DNA from: Escherichia phage RB49
Length of the DNA stretch: 64,000 nt
Sequence record: NC_005066.1
Reading direction: 5' to 3' (one strand)
Shown here: piece by piece, positions 63,858-64,000 of the stretch
How the letters are laid out: each line of letters starts with the position of its first letter
How positions within the stretch are numbered: position 1 is the first letter of the stretch
Notes under the pieces: model-generated
What the model was told of the DNA's origin: nothing
Seen by the model: the letters and a program-made list of their open reading frames with translations, nothing else
Databases searched by the model: none
Made by a program: the position numbers and the translations under genes

Positions 63858-63998
63858 TTATTTTGCTTCTACAACCTTGCGGATTGTGCGGTCTGATACA
63901 TTATAGATTCGTGCCAGTTCGCCTTTAGTCAAGCCGCGAGCGTATTGTTTACGGATGGTTTCTTTCTGGATAGCGGTCAGTTTAGTCATAATATCACC
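63858..63998 (-). CDS. rIIA: rIIA C-terminal end (partial, continues beyond window end)
   Basis: Open frame to window edge ending ...RGLTKGELARIYNVSDRTIRKVVEAK*; synteny upstream of rIIB. Confidence 0.5.
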   Translation of the reverse strand, partial: GDIMTKLTAIQKETIRKQYARGLTKGELARIYNVSDRTIRKVVEAK

Positions 63999-64000
63999 TC

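Noticed and set aside
1-63998. tRNA or other structured RNA genes
   Set aside because: Coding density is near-continuous, and inspection of the longer non-coding gaps (374-468, 49935-50137, 56220-56327) revealed no cloverleaf-like T-loop (GTTCGAATC-type) motifs; not exhaustively scanned.

Overview
This window is a contiguous segment of a T4-like (Tevenvirinae/Straboviridae-type) myophage genome, in reverse orientation relative to the T4 map: hoc/inh-like - uvsW - uvsY - baseplate genes 25,26,51,27,28,29,48,54 - alt - a ~9 kb hyperplastic block of small early genes - DNA ligase (30) - 31 - cd - pseT - rnlA - denA - nrdB - nrdA - td - frd - 32 - 59 - rnh - long tail fibre genes 34-37 - holin t - a second small-gene block - topoisomerase subunit 52 - rIIB - rIIA (partial). 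Calls rest on remembered T4 protein sequences, motifs and synteny; no database search was possible. Hand-derived coordinates for ORFs missing from the supplied track and for regulatory elements are approximate (about +/-2 nt). The small-gene blocks are punctuated by at least 25 copies of a conserved ~70 bp early-promoter/stem-loop/Shine-Dalgarno cassette (PeSL-like) and many intrinsic terminators. Non-T4 content worth a second look: a translationally coupled 5-gene operon with a DUF262 protein, a Zn-ribbon protein and a C5-methyltransferase-like protein; a 485-aa protein with five Zn-ribbon repeats and a GIY-YIG/T5orf172-like C-terminus; a CYTH-like protein; a second Alt-like ADP-ribosyltransferase plus a NADAR-like protein; thymidylate synthase with a ~125-aa insertion; and a six-member paralog family with an H-x-H-W motif. 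No tRNA, rRNA or CRISPR array was recognised.
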